Shown here: positions 56,901 through 64,000 of the stretch, one piece after another | How the letters are laid out: the number at the start of each line of letters is the position of its first letter | How positions within the stretch are numbered: the stretch's first letter is position 1 | DNA from: Octopus vulgaris | Taxonomy: Eukaryota | NCBI GenBank assembly: GCA_951406725.2 | Contig: OX597816.1 | Coordinates: 113,088,001 to 113,152,000, forward strand | Direction of reading: 5' to 3' | DNA length: 64,000 bases | Made by a program: the position numbers and the translations under genes | The notes under the pieces: generated by a model | The model's input: the letters and a program-made list of their open reading frames with translations, nothing else | What the model was told of the DNA's origin: nothing | Database searches by the model: none

Positions 56901-58599
56901 AACTAGGTTGTTGCCATCACTCAGAGGGAATATCTTGAGAATATGATGTACTGTGTAGGTGGAGAAAGAAATTATGAAGTTAATAGGTTGCTCAATATAT
57001 CCTATTTTTGTAATAATTCACCTCAGAAAAATGGAAATTTTTATATCTCTGGAATCAACACTACATGCATAACTAATGGTTTTAAACAATGGATCATGTC
57101 ATTTTATAATGCTTCATATTTAACTTTAATCATATTGAGTTTTATTTTTTGTGTGCAGCAAATTAACTCTCATACTTTAATTATGAGATTCCATTGCATA
57201 TTTTGTAAGCATTAATTTTATCATCCTGTTTTACAAATAACTTCTAGGTATTTTTTTTTTCTTTTATAATAGCACATTTAAATGGGAAGAGGGAAATAGG
57301 TGTCTTATAGACTATCATGCAGAAGGCTACATTAAGTTTGCTGATATTCCTGACTTAATATTCTTTCTGACTTCAAATTCATGTAGTTCCTATTTAGTTC
57401 CATAATCTTTCTTACAACCAAACACCACTTGTGCCAAAGTTTAACTATTACCATTGTAAACTGTTCACACTAATTAGTATGTTTACTCACCTGTATTCCT
57501 AATGCTCCAACTGTCTAACCGCTCTTCAGCTCTTCTCAACTTCAGTATTAATTTTTACCATGCTAGCGGTCTCTAAACTAAATCATATGTTTATTGCCCA
57601 ATCAAGACAACCTCTTACATGCTTCTTACTGCCCTTTTGCTCTCCAAACCATCTTGTATTTTAAATAAGCTAACTGTTCAGAGCTTCATCAGTTGCATGC
57701 TAAATACCCTTGGCAATAAATGTGTTCCATTACTGATCTATCCTTGACAGCTACGCAGTTGATCAAAACCACCCCAAAGGAGCAGCTATGTGATTATTCA
57801 ATCTGCTAGAGATAGCAACCGAGTCTACTGCAAATCACTACCCCTACCACCAGCACCACATACTCTATTTTCAATAAGGAAAGGGCATGTTACATAATGT
57901 TATACTACATACCACTAAAAAAATATGGAATGCTTTTTTGCCATAAATCTGCTTGATAATAATTGACATGGGGCTATGCACAATGACAATAAAAACTATC
58001 TTCTTGGCTGTCTTCCCGGTCCCTTGTACAACCTTAAAACTCCAAGGGAGTCCACATGGAGATGTAAATGTATTGAATGCTGCCTACAACATCCATGAGG
58101 GGAATTCATTCACCATCGCTGTTTCGTATCATTTTTGATCAATTGTAATTTTTGGCAGTTTTCTTCCTTGCTTCTTTTTAGTGTAATTTTCTTCTTGTTA
58201 TGGTCCTAATTTTGATTGATCAAAACTATTTTCAACTAAATACATTCATTATAGTAACCTGTACTTTAATATATTTTTTTTCATGGGAAATTTTCCAATG
58301 CTGTAATACTTTAATATGCCAAATCAAGGAATTATTTCACACTAAGCACTATTATATCCATTAGTTGGAGTAGCTTTGAGTGAACTCTACTTTTCTAAAA
58401 TATTTAATATGACAAACATAAACAGAACTGTCAATCGATTAAAAATTATATTCCGATCACCACTTTAAATATAGTAGCCTGCACTACATGCAGAGAGCAC
58501 CTTTGGGAAATTTTTCACTCAAAGAATATGTAGAAATTGCATGGCTTGTGCCAGGCTCTCACAACTTCCTCAATTCAAGATTTCAGACATTATCTCCTA

Positions 58600-60100
58600 A
58601 CATGGAAAAATCCTTACTCGCAATTCATCAGTCAAGATGACCTTGTGTAAATAATCCTCTGCAGATAACTTACCATATTTAATATTTATTTTGTACACTA
58701 CAAAATACCTCCCAAACTCTCTTACTCAACTCCATGTCTCTAACACATTTTAACCCATCATCAGGGTGACCTGTCCTAACAGCATTTTATTCTAAAAGTG
58801 TTCTGTTCATTACTCTCTCTGCACTCCACAACTAATTCCTTTTTCACCAAATTCTTTAATCTTTTTTTTTTCTGTTACAGGGATCTGCCCCAACCTATGC
58901 TAAATATGTGTGGGTGTATCCCAAGAAAAAGTAATCTTTCTGAAGCTGTCAACTACCACCTTCTCTACATCACTTCACATCTTTCAAAGATTTTGGAATT
59001 TTTCACAAACAATTACTTCCTTTATTACTTTGGTTCTGTAAGGGAGAGGACTGGCAGAATTGTTCATGCATTGGACAATTTCTTCCAACTCATTATGTTC
59101 TGAGTTCAAATTCAACCAGGGTCCACTTTGCCTTTTATCCCTTTGGAGCCAATGTAAAATTGCTGGTCTTGTATCAAAATTTGAAACACTTATTGCTTTG
59201 GGTCACTCTCATCTACTCAACAATCAGCAATATGATTTTCCATAGTGCTTCATTGTTAAACACCAATGATCTCCAGCTCTTGGGAACTTTGAGAAAAGTA
59301 ATGCAAACTCTCCTTTTCTAAGCAAATCTTTCAACACGTCAGGCACCTTGTAACTGAGTGTGTTACTTATGAGCTAAAAGTAATACTATTTTCTTGGATC
59401 AAGAGTTTGGTATTAAATTGTTTTATGAGAGATTCACATTCTATGAACCCAATATTCAATTATGTCTCCAACAGCCTTCCTTTTGTATAACAATGACATA
59501 TTTACTGAGATTTGTTATCACATACACTAGTACACAGATAATAGCAGACTTCATTGTTCCTTAACCAACAAAACACAGGCATTATCCACTTATAATCCAG
59601 AAACTTTTCATCCAATATCTGTTGATGCAATAAAGAGACTTAACCTCGAAAACATTGCCTTATGTGGACATAACTTACTCTTTTTTTGTGTTGATACATG
59701 TAGTAACTGTGTCTTCATACTGTTGAAAGAGTTTTGTATTATAGCCTCCCAATCCATGATCATCACTCTGTCAAGCACTCCAATTTGCTAGAATGCTGGT
59801 CCTCATAACCTCTGCCAATTTCTCATGCTAACCTCACATCTATAGCATTACCAACACTATGTCCCAAAAGCCAGACTACCTCTTTAGGGCCACTTGCACT
59901 GCTACACTCACATACATCTCCTGGTTACAAGATACAACAGCATTTCAATGGTTACCAAGGATTCATTTGCCTATAACCATTGGTTTACAGATATTCTATT
60001 TCTTCTTTTCATCTTCTGTACTATTACAAGGTTTGTAATTCATTACCAGCAAATGTTATACTATCTCACCAGTGACCTGTAAAATGTACTTTATTCTTCC
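58600..60100 (+). mobile_element. Decayed CR1/Jockey-like LINE RT remnant, interrupted by a family-B SINE
   Basis: IPRKSNLSEAVNYHLLYITSHLSKILE (PK.G....NYRPIS..S..SK..E), then LLNNQQYDF (QYGF motif) after the SINE. Confidence 0.55.
59040..59190 (+). mobile_element. Family-B SINE, shortened
   Basis: CTGGCAGAATTGTT...TTCTGAGTTCAAATTC..CAGGGTCCACTTTGCCTTTTATCCCTTTGG...TTTGAAAC. Confidence 0.7.
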
Positions 60101-62418
60101 TCTCACCCTCCAGATCCTGCATTTAATGCTTTTCTCTGTGACATCTCTCTAGAATTCTAATTTCTGCCTATACCCACATTTTTTCTGCAAGTATTACATG
60201 CTCACATTATTTGCATCATCTCACCAATCTTAGATGATCTACAAAGGTCATTGTAGAAGGCCCTTTTGTACTAATTAAACATAAAGAAAAAAAATCAAGA
60301 ATATGTATAAGTTAAATAGTAAAAGTGAAAACATAAAGAGTGAAGAGGTGACAAAACATTTATGTGGTTGCTCACTCACTTAGAAATGGGTAACAAATTT
60401 CCTTCAATGACATCTCACTGCACATTAGCCCTAGGTATACAAAACAGATGAAATGGCTAACGCTGAATAGTCTTTGATCACAAGTTTGCTCAATTAGGGT
60501 TAGCATGGGGCTAAACAACAATGTAAACAGATTGTGAATTTCATATTGAAAAATTATTATTAATACCTTAGAGATAGCAAAACAGAGATAGGTTGAAGCT
60601 CCAAGAAGTACTTGAAATAAAGCCAGATCTAACAAGAACAAATGAAGAGGGTGAGAAGAAACATGCTATTCAGTAAGGGTGAAGAGATTATAGTTTGCCA
60701 ATAACAACACATTTCATTTTCTTTTTGTTTTTTGTTTTTATAAACAATCATGAAAAATCACTGAAGTAAATTTTGGTATTGCTTCATATTTCAGATCAGT
60801 AGTTCATTTGGTATTTTAATTCCTTGAATAGAATGAAAATCTTACATTTCAGTAATAGAGTGGAGATGTTCTCTGTTGCTATTTTAATTATTTAAGTATG
60901 GACATAGATACTAGAAACAGAAATTTTTATCTTAGACATAAGTTAGCAAAATATATTTGGGAACATTGAAGTATATTGACTTACATTTATATGTTTTATT
61001 GAATATTCTATATAATGCAATTGAATTCTCTAAAGAATTACATATTTATTTTATAAACATGTTATATATTTATTTTATTAAAGTAAATCCATATAGTATC
61101 TGAAATTAATCAGAAAAGGACATGTAATCAATTATAAAACAGCCAGCTACAGTTGATAAATATTGAAGTCAAAGCATTTTCAAATATAAAGGCCAAATGA
61201 CTCCATTCTTATGTATGTGATTTAATTTGATACATAGAAAAAGTTTTCAAATAAAATTTTAAAACACCAAAATCATTTTGATAGAGATAAAAATCTACAC
61301 TCCAAATTACTTTGAGAAACCTAAAAACATTTTTAGTATTTGATGTATTTTATTGATTTAGATATTTTATCTCTTTATATTTGCAATCTGTAAATCCATA
61401 AAAATTTTGAGTGTGAAAAATATATGTAGAAATCTAATTGCCATAATAAAAGAAATTTGCCAAGTTAACACATGCATTAAACACACATTCTCCTACTCAC
61501 TCTCACACATACACACACTCTCTCTCCCTCTCTCCTCTACCAAAGCATCATTAACCAACAAAGGTTTCTATATGCAATGATTGAACATGCTAGAGGTATC
61601 AGGCAAAGCTCTCTCAACTTACAGAACACATTAGATACTGTAGTCCTAGATACATTGTCTGAATAAAAGATAGGATAATCATGGAACATCTTTTGATCAA
61701 AGGTCCACTTGACCAGGTATGACTTTGAAACTAAACAGAAATCCAACAGAAAACCTACTACACTGTAGCCTCTATTGCTAGAAATATCAGCCAGATCTCA
61801 TTCAAATCACAGATTTTCTTGTAGGTCTATTTAATCAGAGCTGACCTGTGGCTAAACAACAACAATAACAACCCTAATATTATTTACTAAAAGACTCACA
61901 AGTTCCTGTCATCAATCACAAAACTCCCATTGCCATTACCACCATTCATTCATTATTCACATGTTCTTCTGTGAAATCTACTGGTGTTTCAAATAGAATA
62001 ATTATAATATTGTGTGAAAAGCAGAGATGATATAGCCAGACATCAACTGACATCTATTTAAATCCTGTTGATTTTCTATTTCATTGCTAATTATCTAACA
62101 GCTGGAAATCATTTCAGTAGTAAATGTATAAAATCCAGATTTCATATATAAATGGCTTAGTGGTTAGGGTATTGGCTTCGTGATCATTAGATTGTGGGTT
62201 CAGTTCCTAAACTAGGTGGCATGTATTCTTGTGCAAGGTACTTCATTTCACTTTGCTCCACTCTACTCAGTTGGTACAGCCAACAGTCCTCTACATCATT
62301 AATGTTCTGCAAGATCAAGAGTAGGAGGGCTGAGAGAGTATCTATGTCTGTTTGCAACTACATAGGCACCTAAAACAATTAGCAAAAGCATGGTAATGTT
62401 ACCTACTCATATTCACTT

Positions 62419-62972
62419 GTGATATATATATCATTTAATGTACACGGTATAAAGATACGAGGTACTAATACTAATGTCTAGGTAGGTTTTTACAACATGC
62501 TTTGTATCTCCCAACAATCTTTGGGCTCTGAGGACATGGTTGTCTATTTGAAAATCAGGACGTAGGTTCATGAAAAATCTCTAGAAAAAGGTCAATGCAA
62601 AAAGTAAAAGGGTGAATAAAAAAGAAAAGAAAGAAAAGGAAAGTTGAGTCCCCTTTGACCGTAAAAGCCATAATAAACCTAGTTGTAGAATGATTCGATA
62701 GAACGGAGACCAAAGTCTGTGAGATTCTTTTCTTTTTCCATTTTTATTCACACTTCCACTTTTTGCATCAACCTTCTTGTTTTTTCTGGTGATTTCTCAT
62801 GTACCAGCATCTTGATTTTCAAATAGAACAGATCATGTGCTCAGAGCCAGCAGATTACTTGGTGACACAAAGTGTGTTACAAAAACCTGCCAAGACACGT
62901 GTTTCCACAGCAAGGAGCTATTAATAGCTTGTATCTTTATACTGTGTACATTAAGTGATATTTATATTTCAC
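62419..62972. mobile_element. Old MITE with long, diverged terminal inverted repeats
   Basis: TATCATTTAATGTACACGGTATAAAGATACGAG pairs with CTTGTATCTTTATACTGTGTACATTAAGTGATA. Further complementary blocks (CTATTTGAAAATCA/TGATTTTCAAATAG; ATGCAAAAAGT/ACTTTTTGCAT) extend about 210 bp inward. Confidence 0.7.
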
Positions 62973-63077
62973 TGGATAGTGTACTTTTTTTGTTGAGCTT
63001 ATCTTAACAGAATGGTAAACTATATACTCAATTTTTTAAAGTTTAGTTCTTATTTTATCAGTCTTTCATGCCAAAAC

Positions 63078-63290
63078 ACTAACTTACAGGGACATAAACA
63101 AACCAACACCAGTTGACAAGCAGTGAAGGGTTAGACACACATGCACATACATGGGCTTCTTTCAGTCTCCATCTACTAATTCCACTCACAAAGCTTTGTT
63201 CAGCTTGGGAAAAAGGAGACACTTGCTCAAAGTGCCATGCAGTGGGACTGAACCCAAAATGATGCTGTTGGGTAGCAAACTTCTTAGTAA
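63078..63290 (-). mobile_element. Family-A SINE, partial
   Basis: GGGCTTCTTTCAGTCTCCATCTACTAATTCCACTCACAAAGCTTTG...CAGTGGGACTGAACCC. Confidence 0.75.
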
Positions 63291-64000
63291 AATGGTTTTT
63301 CTTTATCATCGAATTAAAAATCCTTAAATATAACAAACCTAATAAGGAAAGAATTGAAAATACATGAAATGTTTCTCAAAATCAAGTTTTCCAATTTTTG
63401 CTGCTGAAACTCTATTATTTTACACAATGCGCAATGTTGACTTATAAAGTTAGCAATAAACACTAAAAAGATTGTATGTTTGGGTTTCAAATTTAAAATT
63501 GGAATGTCATATTTTCCAGCATGCGAGTCAACATAGTATATAGTATAAATATACACTATACAGAAATTTTGTCACCATCTTTCCAAATCCCGTACCATTT
63601 CACATGATGTTTTTGGTCCTCTAAATTCAATTTGGTGTATAAGTCAAACTACTTTTATTGTTGTAAATATTGGACTTAAAATCTTTGACTTGTATATGTG
63701 AGAATACAGAATAACTACTTCTTTGAACAAAACTCAGCATTTTTCTTCTAAATATTTTTTTGTATCATGTAAAGTTAATGCTCTGGAGAAGTAACTATTT
63801 GTCACCAGAAATCCCTTCAAAAAACGTCCAAACATTATACTTAAAGTTGTACAAGAATGACAGATCATTTGAATATCTACAAAATCTCTCTGCTTATTCA
63901 CTGACAGTTCTTATGGCTTCTAGTTTCTCTGTTAATGTTTTACACAATTCCATGAAAACATTGATAGTGGAAGAAAATTAATTACGTTTCTGAGCCAATT

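Overview
AT-rich, repeat-dense eukaryotic DNA. The SINE families and microsatellite load point to an octopus (coleoid cephalopod) genome; this is inferred from recognised repeat consensus, not from a search. The only convincing host coding sequence is one large + strand exon (1159-2587). It encodes a low-complexity, probably disordered protein with an MGxxxS myristoylation motif and four RxRxxS motifs, and ends at a phase-1 donor. A candidate short terminal exon lies about 30 kb downstream (33035-33060). The rest looks intronic or intergenic: many tRNA-derived SINEs, RTE-type 3'-end elements with internal tandem arrays, one young and several decayed LINE fragments, two mariner relics, piggyBac-like and Mutator-like MITEs, and long (TA)n tracts. 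The most notable structures are (TA)n-embedded fold-back elements with the architecture of Penelope-like element (PLE) termini. One carries a near-intact minimal type-I hammerhead ribozyme (24095-24140, - strand), and a nearby fragment carries a CpG-decayed hammerhead variant. Tandem H-type-pseudoknot-like units occur in the RTE-type elements. Most listed short ORFs are microsatellite or repeat artefacts.
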